Origin: the human T2T-CHM13v2.0 reference genome, Homo sapiens
DNA length: 64,000 nucleotides
Strand: one strand, 5' to 3'
Assembly (NCBI RefSeq): GCF_009914755.1
Contig: NC_060928.1
Made by a program: the position numbers and the translations under genes. This document shows, one piece after another, positions 14,991-35,099 of this stretch (its first letter is position 1; each line of letters opens with the position of its first letter). The notes under the pieces were generated by a model. The model was not told the origin of the DNA. It made no database searches and saw only the letters and a program-made list of their open reading frames with translations.

Positions 14991-15822
14991 CAATAAACAT
15001 GTCAACATCTTTACAATAAATAGATATTTAGATTTCCTTAGATAGAATTTAAGAAAACCCAACTTGATGAGATATAAAAATTAGGAGATAGTTTTATTTT
15101 AAAGGAATTTGAATAAGGAATATAAAGGAATTTGAATAAGAATATAACCCATATTATAATCATTAACTCTCCACAGTTGTGTATAATTGCTGAAAGCATC
15201 AATAAGTCAAAGTACCAAGAGTACTTAATATGGAATCAGAAGTCCTGGTTTGAATTCTAGCTGACAATAGATTGTTTGATATTCCTGAGCCTTATTTCAA
15301 AATTGTTCTGAAAATTAAATGAAATAATTTAAAACAAATGCCTATCATTGAGCGAGCATGTAACAGATGCTCAACAAATATTAGCTTATTCGTCCCATCT
15401 AAATTATATATTTCTGGAGAATAAGAAGTATGCTGTAAATTTCTCCTTATCTCTATGTAGCTCATTGATCTGCACACCCTTGGGGTCTTAACAATTAAAT
15501 ATTCCCAGACTTCATGAATAAAATGCATTTCTAACTTTGACCATGTGACAAAAGCACTGAATATGTGAATTTATTTGATTGCTTTCTCACTGAAATGTCT
15601 GAATGCTCTTCTGCACCTTACAATGTCAAGGATATTATTTTCTTCATAATGATATTCAAACAAATACAATGTTAAAAAATAAATTGCAGGAAACAGTGGG
15701 AAATAAAACTTACCAGGCAGAAGATCAAGAGGAATTAAGTCTCAAAGCTCTGGTCCACATGTCTATAAAATTGATTCGACTTAATAAGTTTGATGCAAAG
15801 AGAGTTGTATTGTTTGGGATGT

Positions 15823-15848
15823 GCACACACACACACACACACACACAT
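15823..15848. repeat. (CA)n microsatellite
   Basis: About 12 CA units. Confidence 0.95.
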
Positions 15849-16244
15849 CTTTAACTGTCTGAGCACACCTTTCTGCCATTCATTTAGAATTCCATGAATA
15901 AATAAATATAAATAGGTTGTTTCTTTTTAAAAATCAGCTTTTTATCTGAAATTTCAAATGAAGCATATACTAATATATGAACAGACAGACTAAAAAGCAT
16001 GGTAAACTGAAGAATGCCCAAATGCCAAAGACTACTCCTGATTGTTATACTCTTCTTGGTAAAAGAAGTACTGTATCTCTTACCACATGTTGATTAAATC
16101 TGTTTGTTTTTGTAAATATTTCTGTAATTTTTTTTTGCAACCACCACCAGACTTAAAGCATGGAGCTTTTTCACTCTAAAACTTTGTGGGGTAATTTGGG
16201 TAAAATGTTTTCTATCTGTTCTCCTAGCTAACCCCTATATATCC

Positions 16245-16512
16245 TTTAGAATTCAGCCTCAGTGTGTTCCAGGAAGCCTCTTCTTTATCACTGTTCCTTT
16301 ATCTTTCTGTTTTTGACTAGCAAAATGCCCTGAGTAATATGAAAGTGCCTCCACAGTATTAAAACTGTAGTGTTTCTGTCTGTCTTATACACCAGAATGT
16401 GAAAATCTTTAAGGCAAAGACTTCATCTTCTTTCATCTTGAGTCTAATCCTCTAGCATGGTGCCTGGCACATAACACAGGCTCAATAGACATTTGTTGAA
16501 CTGAATTGAATC
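16245..16512 (+). mobile_element. L2 3' end fragment
   Basis: 'tagcatggtgcctggcacata...ggctcaatagacatttgttgaactgaattgaat' typical L2 terminus. Confidence 0.72.
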
Positions 16513-17057
16513 TATTTATAGAACAGTTTGTTTAACTAAATTTATTCTAAAGTGATTCCCAAGTTTCCACTAGTCCAAGAAGAATGCTACTTTATGTACA
16601 GCTTCCTGAAGGAGACATTAATATGTATTTTTTATGAAAGCAGTTTCTGATTTGTGTTGCAGTGATAGATTTCAGCATCTGATGATAGGTTTCAGTGATA
16701 GGAGAGTGATACCATGTATGTAATTCACAAAAGGCGTAACGTGTAACGCTCAGCAATTGGCTGAGTTTAGGGACATAAGCTCATCTCCAGGCTACCACTA
16801 CACACGTGACTGAGTTTTACCTTGTGTTTTTGGTTTTCTGCTTTGCAAAAGAAAACAAGTCACTGCTTCTTTCTACCTAACAGGAGGGACCAGAAAACCT
16901 ACCCTGCACAACCAGATCATAAAAGGAGAGTTTTTAATTGATAAGGGCTCATCCTCTCAAAGAGTTCTTTCACTTACATAGTCATTCCAATTACTAATAA
17001 CTAAATCTGCAAAATAAATGTAGAAATAACAGCTGATCTTAAGAAGTGTAATTTAGT

Positions 17058-18091
17058 GATTTATTTTCGAAGATGGCCAAATAGGAACAACTCTGGTCTA
17101 CAGCTCCCAGCGAGATCGACATAGAAGACGGGTGATTTCTGCATTTCCAACTGGGGTACGTGGTTCATCTCATTGGGACTTGTTGGACAGTGGGTGCAGC
17201 CTATGGAGGGTGAGCCAAAGCAGGAAGGGGCATCGCCTCAACAGGGAAGCACCAGGGGTCAGGGGATTTCCCTTTCCTCACAAAGAAAAGCCGTCAGTGA
17301 CTGTAGCTGGAGGAATGGTAAACTTCTGCCCAAATACTGCACTTTTCCCACAGTCTTCACAACTGGCAGACCAGGAAATTCCACCCCCATGCCTGCCTTG
17401 GTGCATCCCAGGCCCACAGAGCCTTGCTTGCTGCTAGAGCAGTAGTCTGAGATCAACCCGGGTCACTGGAGCTTGGCGGAGGGAGGGGCATCCGCCATTG
17501 CTGAGGCTTGAGTAGGCGGTTCTATGCTCACAGTTTAAACAAAGCAACAGGGAAGCTCAAAGTGGATGGAGCCCACTGCAGCTCAGCAAGGCCCACTGCC
17601 TCTCTAGATTCCACCTCTGGGGGCAGGGCATATCTGAACAAAAGGCAGCAGACAGCTTCTGCAGACTTAAATGTCCCTGCCTGACAGCTCTGAAGAGAGC
17701 AGTGGTTCTCCCAGCACAGTGTTCGGGCTCTGATAACAAACAGACTGCCTCTTCAAGTGGGTCCGTGAACCCTGTGTAGCCTGACTAGGAGACAAGGGGC
17801 CGACAAACACCTCATACGGGCAGGTGCCCCTCTGTGGCAAAGCTTCCAGAGGAAGGATCAGGCAGCAATATTTGCTGTTCTGCAGCCTCCACTGGTGATA
17901 CCTAGGAAATCAGAGTCCAGAGTGGATCTCCAGCAAACTTCAACAGAACTGCAGCTGAAGGTCCTGTCTGTTAGAAGGAAAACTAACAAACAGAAAGGAA
18001 TAATATCAACATCAACAAAAAGGACATCCACACCAAAAGCCCATCTGTAGGTCACCAACATCAAAGACCAAAGGTAGATAAAAACACAAAC
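17058..18091. promoter_or_regulatory. L1 5' UTR: internal sense promoter and antisense promoter region
   Basis: Position upstream of ORF1 ATG; YY1 core AAGATGGCC at about 17070-17078; CpGs largely decayed; activity not shown by sequence. Confidence 0.7.
17259..17498 (-). pseudogene. L1 ORF0 homologue with in-frame TGA at codon 12
   Basis: Minus frame reads MADAPPSAKLQ*PGLISDYCSSSKQGSVGLG, resembling primate ORF0 (MAGAPPPASLPPCSLISDCCASNQRDSVGVG). Confidence 0.75.
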
Positions 18092-19112
18092 ATGGGGAGA
18101 AACCAGAGCAGAAAGGCTGAAAATTCCAAAAACCAGAACACCACTTCTCCTCCAAAGGAACACAGGTCCTTGCCAGCAAGGGAACAAAATTGGATGGAGA
18201 TTGAGTTTGACCAGTGACAGAAGTAGACTTCAGAAGCTTGGTAATAAGAAACCTCTCTGAGCTAAAGGAGCATGTTCTAACCCATCACAAGGAAGCTAAA
18301 AATCTTGAGAAGTTTAGATGAATGGCTAACTAGAATAACCAGTATAGAGAAGAGCTTAAATGACCTGATGGAGCTGAAAACCACAGTATGAGAGCTTTGT
18401 AAAGCATACATGAGCTTCAGTAGCTGATTTGATCAAGCAGAAGAAAGGATATCCATGAATGAAGATCAAATTAATGAATAAAGCAAGAAGACAAGATTAG
18501 AGGGAAAAGACTGAAAAGAAATGAACAAACCCTCCAAGAAATATGGGACTATGTGAAAAGACCAAATCTACGTTTGATTGGTGTACCTGAAAGTGATGGG
18601 GAGAAAGGAACCAAGTTAGAAAACACTCTTCAGGATATTATCTGGGAGAACTTCCCCAACCTAGCAAGATAGGCCAACATTCAAGTTCAGGAAATCCAGA
18701 TAACATCATGAAGATACTCCTTGAGAAGAGCAATCGCAAGACACATAATTATCAGATTCATCATGGTGGAAATGGAGGAAAAAATGTTAAGGGTGACCAG
18801 AGAGAAAGGTTGGGCTACCCACAAAGGGAAGCCCATCAAACTAACAGTGGATCTCTCTGCAGAACCCCTACAAGCCAGAAGAGAATGGGGACCATATTCA
18901 ACATTCTTAAAGAGAAGAATTTTCAACCCAGAATTTAATATCCAGCCAAACTAAGCTTCATAAGTGAAGGAGAAATAAAATCTTTTATGTACAAGCAAAT
19001 GCTGAGAGGCTTTGTCACCACCAGGCCTGCCTTACAAGATCCCCTGAAGGAAGCACTAAACATGGAAAGGAGTAACCGGTACCAGCCACTGCAAAAACAT
19101 GCCAAATTTTAA
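18092..19112 (+). pseudogene. L1 ORF1p, disrupted
   Basis: ATG GGG AGA AAC CAG start; fragment RHIIIRF...KGKPIKLTVDLSAEPLQARREWG; stops and frameshifts. Confidence 0.92.
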
Positions 19113-19175
19113 AGACCATCAACACTATGAAGGAACTGCATCAATTAAAAGGAGAAATAACCAGCTAACATCATA

Positions 19176-22996
<3,821 letters not shown>

Positions 22997-23218
22997 ACAA
23001 TGAGAACACATGGACACAGGGAGGGGAACATCACACACTGGGGCCTGTTTGGGGGTCGGGGGCTGGGGAAGGATTGCGTTAGGAGAAATACCTAATGTAA
23101 ATAATGAATTGATGGGTGCAGCAAACCAACATGGCACACATGTATTATGTAACAAACCTGCATGTTGTGCCCATGTACCCTAGAACTTAAAGTATAAAAA
23201 AAAGTGTGATTTGGTAAT

Positions 23219-25565
23219 TGTATTAGCCCATTCTCACGCTGCTGTAAAGAACTGCCTGAGACTGGGTAATTTATAAAGGAAAGAGATTTAATTGACTCAC
23301 AGTTCCACATGGCTGTGGAGGCCTCAGGAAACTTAAAATCATGGCTGAAGGGGAAGCAAACATGTCCTTCACATGATGGCAGGAAGAGGAAGTGCCAAAC
23401 AAAAGACGGAAAATCCCCTTGTAAAACTGCCAGATCTTTTGAGAAGTCACTCACTATCACAAGAACAGAAGCATGGGTTTAACCACGCTTATGATTCAAT
23501 TACCTCCAAGCAGGTCCCTCCCACAACATGTAGAGATTAGGAGAACTATGATTCAAGATGAGATTTGGGTAGGGACATAGCCAACCATATCATTCCCCCT
23601 CTGACCCTTCCCAAATCTCATGTCCTCACGTTTCAAAACACAATCATGCCTTCCCAAAATTCCCCCTAAATTCTTAACTAATTTCAGCATTAACCCAAAA
23701 GTCCAAGTTCAAAGCCTCATCTGAGACAAGGCAAGTTTCTTCCACCTAGGAGCCTGTAAAATTGAAAGCAAGTTAGTTACTTCCTATATGCAATGGAGGC
23801 ACAGGTATTGGGTAAATACAGCCATTCCAAATGGGAGAAATTGTCCAAAACAAAGGGGCTATAGGCCCTTTTCAAGTCCAAAATCCAAAGATGCAATAAT
23901 TAAATCTTAAAGCTCTGAAATCATCTCCTTTGACTCATTGTCTCACATCCAGGACATCCTGATGCAAAAGGTGGGCTCATAGAACCTTGGGTAGCTCCAC
24001 CACTGTGGCTTTGCAGGGAAATTCCTCCTCCTGGCTATTTTCATGGGTTGGCATTGAGTGTCTGTGGCTTTTCCAGGCAAACAGTTCAAGCTGTTGGTGG
24101 ATCTACCATTCTGGGGTCTGGAGGATGGTGGTCCTTTTCTCACAGCTCCACTAGGCAGTGTCCCAATGGGAATTCTGTGTGGGGGGGTCCAACCCCACCT
24201 TTCTCTTTTGCACTGCCCTAGCTGAGGTTCTCCATGAGGACTCCATCCCTGTGGTAAACTGCTGCCTGGATACGTAGGCATTTCCATACATCCTGTGAAA
24301 TGTAGGCAGAGGTTCCCACACCTCAATTCTTGACTTCTGTGCACCATCAGGCCCAACACCACGTGTAAGCTGCCAAGCCTTGAGGCTTGCACCCACTGAA
24401 GCAACAGCCTGAGCTACATATTGACCCCTTTTTGCCATGGCTAGAGTGGCTGGGAGGCAGGTCACCAAGTCCTTAGTCTACACACAGCAGGGGGTCCCTG
24501 GCCCTGGCCCTTGAAACCATTTTTTCCTCCTAGGCCTTCAATCTTGTGATAGGAGGGGCTATTCTTTGACATGGCCTGGAGACATTTTCCCCATTGTCTT
24601 GTGGATTAACATTAAGCTCCTCATTACTTAAGTAAATTTCTGCAGCCAGTTTGAATTTTTCCTCAGAAATTTTCTATTGCATCCTCAGGCTGAAAACTTT
24701 CCAAACTTTTATGCTCTGCTTATCTTTTAAACATAAATTCTAATTCTAAACCATATCTTTATGAATACATAAAACTGAATGATTTTAACAGCACCCAAAT
24801 TACCTCTTGAATGCTTTGCTGCTTAAAAATTTTTTCTGACAAATACCCTAAATCATCTCTCTCAAGTTCAAATTTCCACAGATCTCTAGGGCAGAGGCAA
24901 AAAGCCATCAGTCTCTTTGCTAAAGCATAGCAAGAGTGACCTTTACCCCAGTTCCCAACAAGCTTCTCATCTTCATCTGAGACCACCTCAGCCTGGACTT
25001 CACTGTCTATATCACTGTCAGCATTTTTTCAACAAGTCTCTAGGAAGTTCCAAACTTTCCTGCATTTTCCTGTCTTCTTCTGAGCCCTCCAATCTGTCCC
25101 AACCTCTGCCTGTTACCCAGCTCCAAAGTTGCTTCCACATTTTCTGGTATCTTTATAGAAGCACCCCATTCTCCACAGTACCACTTCACTGTATTAGTCT
25201 TTTCTCATGCTGCTATTAATAACTGTCTGAGACTGATAATTTGTAAATAAAAGAGGTCTAATTGACTCACAGTTCTGTATGGCTCGGGAGGCCTCAGGAA
25301 ACTTACAATCATGGTGGACAAGGAAGCAAACACATCCTTCTTCACATGATGGCAGCAAGGAGAAGTGCCGAGCAAAGAGGCAAGAGTCCCTTATAAACCC
25401 ATCAGATCTCAAGAGAACTCGCTCACTATAATGAGAACAGCAGCTTGAGGGCAACCACTCCCATGATTCAATTACCTCCCACCATGTCCCTCCCATAACA
25501 CATGGAGCTTATGGGAACTACAGTTTAAGATGAGATTTGAGTGGGGACACCGCCAAGCCATATCA
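23219..25565 (-). mobile_element. Complete THE1 (THE1C-like) MaLR provirus: LTR 23219-23592, internal, LTR 25190-25565
   Basis: Two related LTRs 'tgtattag...ccatatca'; ~1.6 kb THE1 internal; perfect 5-bp TSD gtaat (23214-23218, 25566-25570). Confidence 0.95.
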
Positions 25566-26102
25566 GTAATTATGTATAAAGGCAGTTTAGATGAGAGAGT
25601 AAAATGCTAGCATAGAGGAAAATACAACTCCTGGTTAATAGAAGTCATATATGCCATAGAATTGCATCCATTTAGGATAGCAGATGTCTTCAGGATATTT
25701 CCAGTTATCTCCTGGAGCTAGGATAAAAGGATATACTTTATTTCTTTTACAAGGAAATTGAAAAATTAGAAAACAATTTTACACACTCAATATAGGCTTC
25801 ATTTCTCAAAAATACTATAAGAATCACAATGCAACAATAGTCTTTTATTTATGAATCACAGCCAAGATCCGAGGGCTGCAGATCTCTATAAATAATCTAT
25901 TCTTTCAAAACACAAATCCTTTTTTTTAAATCTGCATTTTGGATGGAAGTACTGACTCCATTTAAAATGAGGAAAACTAAACAACAGAGACAGTATGTTT
26001 TTGACATAGGAATACTAATAACGCCTTAGGAAAATTAACCATTTCATATTTTCACTACTTGGATCTTTGGGGTTCATTTCTTTAATATGTTTATTATTTA
26101 GG

Positions 26103-26396
<294 letters not shown>

Positions 26397-26399
26397 TAT

Positions 26400-26488
26400 T
26401 TAGTTATTTTAACAAATTTTATTGTAAATCGACAAATTATAAGTGTGTATATGTATGGGGTACGAAGTGATGCTATGATATATGAATA
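26400..26488 (-). mobile_element. 3' terminus of an old L1MA
   Basis: 'gacaaattataagtgtgtatatgtatggggtacgaagtgatgctatgatatatg' resembles the L1MA 3' end in reverse. Confidence 0.65.
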
Positions 26489-28958
<2,470 letters not shown>

Positions 28959-28959
28959 T

Positions 28960-29311
28960 GTAGTCAGACAAAACTGAAAACCTAACTTAGTAGTGTGCAC
29001 CTGTAACAATAGCTGAATGTTGGCCAATCCCAGCAGCCATGTTTCAGCCACTCATAGACTGCTGAATGTGCAAACTGCATTCAAATAAGGCAAACACCGA
29101 GTTGTAACTGATCTCACTGTTTCTGTTCCTCACTTCTGATTCCTGTACGTCATTTTACTTTTTTTTTTTTGTCTATAAATTTGTTCTGACCAGGAGGCAC
29201 CCTGGAGTCTCTGTGAATCTGCTGTGATTCCGGGGGCTGCCCGATTCATGTATCATTCATTGCTCAATTAAACTCCTTTAAATTTAATTCAGCTGAAGTT
29301 TTTCTTTATCA
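28960..29311 (+). mobile_element. MER57A-like ERV1 5' LTR, 5'-truncated
   Basis: 'gaaaacctaacttag...ggccaatcccagc...gtctataaat...caattaaactcctttaaatttaattcagctgaagtttttctttatca'; CCAAT, TATA and ATTAAA motifs. Confidence 0.85.
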
Positions 29312-29313
29312 GA

Positions 29314-29331
29314 TGGTGTCAGAAGCAGGAT
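29314..29331 (+). promoter_or_regulatory. Primer binding site, tRNA-Leu type
   Basis: tggtgtcagaagcaggat, 16/18 match to TGGTGTCAGAAGTGGGAT, just 3' of the LTR. Confidence 0.8.
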
Positions 29332-31765
29332 CTGAAGTGGAGCTTCTAGCGAGCCCCACCAGGAGCGCTGAGTGAAAATACAAGGCACCTGCAGGACTCA
29401 CTTGCATCCATTGATCTCTCAGAGTGCCTGGAGATGGTAGGTAAGTTCCCACTTGGGGTTCAGAGCTCCACGGATTTGTGTTTTCAACTCTTCTAGTTTC
29501 CTTGAGCAAACTTCTGATCCAAACTGGGTTTGGAGTCATGACAGAAACTGGACTGGATCCAGGAATGGATTTGACCCAGGAATTAACTGATTTGCATCCA
29601 GTTAGAGGCCTCTTACCTCTGACTGGGTCAGAAAGGAACTGATAGTAAGCAATCATGTTGCAGGGGTTATAAATTTTTGGCTTTTGACAATTCACAGGGA
29701 TTTTTGTGTTCTATCCCTTTGTTTTATTTTTCTTGCGTGCTTAGGTAGGAAAAAAATACATTGGCTAAGTTAATCAAGAGAACCTGAGAGGAAAGCCAAT
29801 ATTTTAGGTAAAAATGGCATTCTTAATTTCTGAAAAACTGAGTTTCTTCTGGCTTCTACATAAGGTCAGGGAGGCAGCAAAGTCTTACAGAAATGGCAAA
29901 ATCTTACTAAAGATAACTTACAGTGCAAAGTTCTGAATGAATAACAATGCATTGAAGTACCTTTAAAAATGAGGACTTTTGGTAAAGTCCCTTTCGTTTA
30001 AGAACGGGTTTGGCACTACGGGATGTCCACTGCTATTCTCTTTGGAATAATCTGCCTTGCACTCTTTGCTAGTGGCTGTAGGTGACAGGATTAGCCATGT
30101 GTGGCATCATGGGACATGGCAAGCTTTTTCCTCCCCCACAAAAAAAGGAGAAACTTGAGAGCTGATGGGAATGTTGGAAAAGATCCCTTCGCTACCAACA
30201 AGTGGCCGCCTGCACTTTTCTGTATCACTGAAATGAATGAGTCTTGCTCTGGCACCCCTGAGCTCTTCACCTTCCGCATCCTGCCACAGGCAACACTTTC
30301 CTTTTTCTTCTTTTCCTTTCTTGTCTTTTCTGTTACTCAGGGCAACCATCTTGCCCAGAGACCACATGTTGAAACTCCTAATCAGAGGTTGGATTAAAGA
30401 TGACGAGACCCATCTGGGGGCAAATTTAAACTTTGCCAGTTTGATATTGGGTGCTAAGCAGGGTGGCTCATGTCTATATTTTATTACGGGTATTTTGCTC
30501 TGGCCAGAATGAAAAAAGGTAACTTTCTTTTATGATGCGGCTTGGCCCCCAAGGGTGATGATGCCACAAGTCAGATCACTAGGACTGCTCAGGGAAAGGG
30601 AACCCAGAGGCCTGGCATGCTGGCAAAAGGGTAAGAATTTCTTATTAGTCAGATTTCTGGCTTTTCTGTCTCTCTCTGTGCAAATGGTTGCATGAATGGT
30701 TAAAAATCACTGCTTATCTCCTCTGTAAACTTTTACTGTGAAAAATAATTCTGAGGCTAGTTTTAAGCTGTAGTTCATCTGCTCTATTTTGTGCTATGAA
30801 TTCACTTTTCTGTGTCAAAGGATACCTTATGATAAAACATGGGCTTATGACCCCATAAGCTGGCTGCTCAAGATGGCCCAGCAACCTGGTCAGTAACAAA
30901 CTTTGCTGCAATTCCCTAAAACAAACAAACAAACTGGGTAGGGTCTCCATCTTGTTTTAAGTCCTTAGGAGTTTGACCTTGTAACCAGGTGGCAGTACTT
31001 TCTCTTGGTCTCCACCTTCCAGGGAACAGTAATTTTAGGGTTTATGTCATAGTTTGCTCTAAAAATTATCTAGAGTAATTAAAAGTCTTTGCAAGCTCAA
31101 AATTAACTACTCCAAACTTCCTCTGGGAAAAGTAGCAGAGATTTACCTGTGCTATATAGCACGGTAGCTAAGGATTTTGCCCTTTCACACTGGCGGTCTG
31201 GGTTCAATTCCCTTCTTAGAAAGTGAGTCCTTTCTGGTTTAATATCTGCATGACCTTGCTTATTCTCTTTTCCTTCATGGACTATCTTAAATTTCCTTTA
31301 TCTGGGCACCTGGGAGGTTACCTTTGGTAAAGTTCAAAAGCCAGTAATATCGACCGTCTGGCCTGGCTAAAATCAGGTAATAAGAACTTTTAAAAGGACT
31401 TTATTAAAGAGTGCTATTATTAAAGAGTTAAAAGTCAGCTTAATTAAATGTAGATATTCAAGCTCTAACAGCTTGGACTCCTTGGGGAAAACAAGAGGCA
31501 TGAGAGACCCTTTTCCTGGCCCTGTTCTTCCAAGGACTCCACCATAAAGTCAATAACCAATTAAGATACTTATAAATCTTACAACTACTGTAGTAATCGT
31601 CTTCTGTCTGTGTAATTATATATGCGTTCTGTGTAATGTTTATATAAGAGCTCTAATTGGTTTAAACAAAAATAAGCACTTAAATATATTGAAAGCAAAA
31701 TAAAAACTGTAATGCCTTTTAGTTCATATAACTTTAGTAATCTTTGGGAAATAAAAACAGCTTTA

Positions 31766-32082
<317 letters not shown>

Positions 32083-35000
32083 TTATTGATGAAATAAAGA
32101 CATTTTGTCTATGCAGGGCAGATATCAGGTTTGCTAAATGCTTTAAGGTCATAAACTGCTTTGGCTTTTGAAAATTGTTCGATTTATTTTAGATTGAATT
32201 CTAAATAAGACCTAGGGATATATGGAATCAGCCATGTCCCCTAGCTATGCAAAGAAGATTATAAGGAAAAAGGATTTTATATGAGAAAGGATGTTCTATG
32301 GTAAATTCTTGTCCTAAAGTAAATGACTAGTTGCTTAAAAAGAGGGATGTTTAGGAAATATCAGAAAGTCTAAACGTGTTGTGCATGGTCTGTGTAAGTT
32401 GTGAAAGAATTTATGAAAAGGAATTTATGCCAGAAGTGTTGTATAATTTAAAGGTGATTAGGCTTCCTAAATGATTCATAAAATGTCACTATAACTCTTA
32501 ATTGTACAGCTTGCCTGCTTTACATCTAGGTAAGGCCCGGAACATGTGGAATTAGATGCTGAAAAGAGTCAGACCTCATCTGCATTTCTCTCTGGGTCCT
32601 AGGCTACACAACTAGTACATAATTAAAATCCCTTACCTACCAATGTTTTCACCCAAAGTAAAAGTTGCTAAGAGTTAACATTGTAATATGTAATTGAGGC
32701 TACTGGAAAAGTAGGTTTACTTGCAAGGTGTGTAAGGAGAATGAAATGTGTTTTTTATAAGAGATTATAAGAAGATATGGGAATGTAAATTTTTGCCTAA
32801 GTTAGAAGATCAAAGGATTATTTTAAATAAAGCTAAAGGTTTGAACAAGTTATGGAAGGTTTATAAAAAATTAAGTGTAAGAGATTCTATGTGTGAACAT
32901 ATTGGCTAAAGTTAAAATGGTATTCAGTTTTTTTCCATTAATTGGACATTAAAAGCACAACAGTTTTCTTAGAACATTATTTTCCTCTGAGAAAAAATTA
33001 TGAAGTGTTATAAGACGTTTATAAAAGTCTTACGTTATGGTCAAACTAAGTTCTAGATTATCATGCTAAAACATCCAATACTAAAATTGTTTAAATATAC
33101 AATTCGAATGAACTCCGTGGTCTAAGTCAAATTACCCATGATAACCCATTAGTTATCAGTGCTATGGATCTAAGTTGGAGAAACAACTGGTATTCAAGAA
33201 GGACAAATGTCCAATGTTAATCATGGACTCATGAAGAACCAGGACAGCCACCTTGTCCTTCCTGAGTCCTTAAAGCTTTTGTTATTAAAGGTTCTATATT
33301 TCATGACTTGTCGTAAAAAAGAAAAAAATAATACAAATTGAATATATTGATGTGGTGACTTATAAATTGTGGAAATAGTTGAAAACAAATGTTTGGTTCT
33401 ATATTCCTGGGAAGACAATCAAAGCTTCAGGTGTATTTGGCTACTTGATGGGCCATTTAAACATTTATAAAGAGATTTCATTCAGTTGTCATTTTCAATG
33501 CATGTTTTCTGGTTATATAAAAGCTTTCCCATGCAAGAGGGCTTTTGTTAAAGTGGTAGATTATTATGCTATAGTATATTTTCACCAGGTAAAGAACACT
33601 TTTTATGGTTCACTGAGGACAATTCCTTCACAATCTAGAACCCAAAGATTGGATTTTCTGAGAACATCAGAGAAGGACTGTCCTTGCCATCCACGCTACA
33701 GCAAAACTTTGGAGCCTTGAACCTTGGGTTCATAACCTCACAACTGAGAAGGGTCCCTCCACACTCCTGGAACTATACACCCATTGGAACCCTTAAGGTA
33801 AAACTAACCGGGAAAGTTTCTCCCCAGAAGAAGATGGCATTCTTAATGTGAACAGCTTTTCCCAGGATCATGGATCAAGACTTCTACTATCATGAGATTC
33901 TTATCTTTGTATTTTTTTCCTTGTTTATGTCTCTATGAACAATAGAAATGAAAAGAGAATCTATTATGTGCACTTATAGGGTACACTTTTATTTGTGAAG
34001 GATTTGCAGCCAGCCTTATACATTAGTAGCCTTATACTTTAGTAGTTAAAAGATGGAGGCCCAATGTAGGAGAGAAACTTTAGTGATGCATACGTTGCCT
34101 CATAATCAGTCAAAACTCCTCTTAACCTACATTATGGATTAAAGAGAACATTGCCAGGGGGCCTTCACTCTTCTAAAAGGATATCATTTGTTAGGTCCTT
34201 TTTCCATAGTTTAGAGTAAAAGAGGCAATAATTAGAAATGCCTCCCTCATAATAGGCTCTACAGCAACTTCTACTTTAAAGGCTATCATTACACAACAGA
34301 CTTTAAATTTTCTTATGACTGTTATGTTAAATAATAGGCTCAACAGAAAAGTACCTGTGCAGCTGCTGACACTTGTGGCCTATGGAGAAACACATCAAAT
34401 GTAGATTATAAAAATTCAGTTGTAGGGGGTTAATGAAAAGACCAGTTAGTCAAGCAAATAGACTCTTCATCTAGCTCATTCTTTATTTAATTTTAGCGGG
34501 TTTGGTTTATAGGGACCCTGGGTAGGGAACATACTCCAAATTCTTGGTATTATCCTCCCGACAGTCATATTAAGAGTCTCCCTTGTGCACTGTGCAGTGT
34601 ATTCTTTCAAAGATTTTAAATGTTTGCATGCATCATCTGTAGAATATCAAATGGTTTCTCTTTGACTGGAATGACAAGAGCTGAAGGAAATGTACAACCA
34701 TGAGGACACCATAACCTATGAATGACATGCTGAGACTGGAAACTCAAAATGATGGTAACTGAGAATGGCGATAAGGCCCTAAGTTTCGGTCACACTGTCA
34801 CCTAAGTGAGAACCTGTCCAAAAAGAAGGAATTTTTAAAAAATTATCGGAGGCCATTATTTTGGACTAAGCTCATGCCCTAGGCAACAGCAAACTAAACC
34901 AAATTAAAATGGAGTCACTCATGCTAAATGTGATGTAATCAAACTAAGGCTTTAAGGAAACACATAGATCCTAGAACAGACCAGGTTTGTTTTTCCCCTG

Positions 35001-35099
35001 TAAATAGGATGTTCCAGCATAAGGAGGTACCCTCTACTCAGTCCTTATTCCCTCCTTGCAAAACCTGTTCTACCGTTTTCCAGTGGGTCTCAAAACCCT

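Noticed and set aside
15101-15145. 23-bp tandem duplication (similar small ones near 1865, 4320, 46465, 52850, 58270)
   Set aside because: Two-copy slippage duplications with no spacers; not CRISPR-like and common in mammalian DNA
23943-24468. 153-aa and 105-aa ORFs
   Set aside because: THE1 internal sequence; no intact recognisable protein
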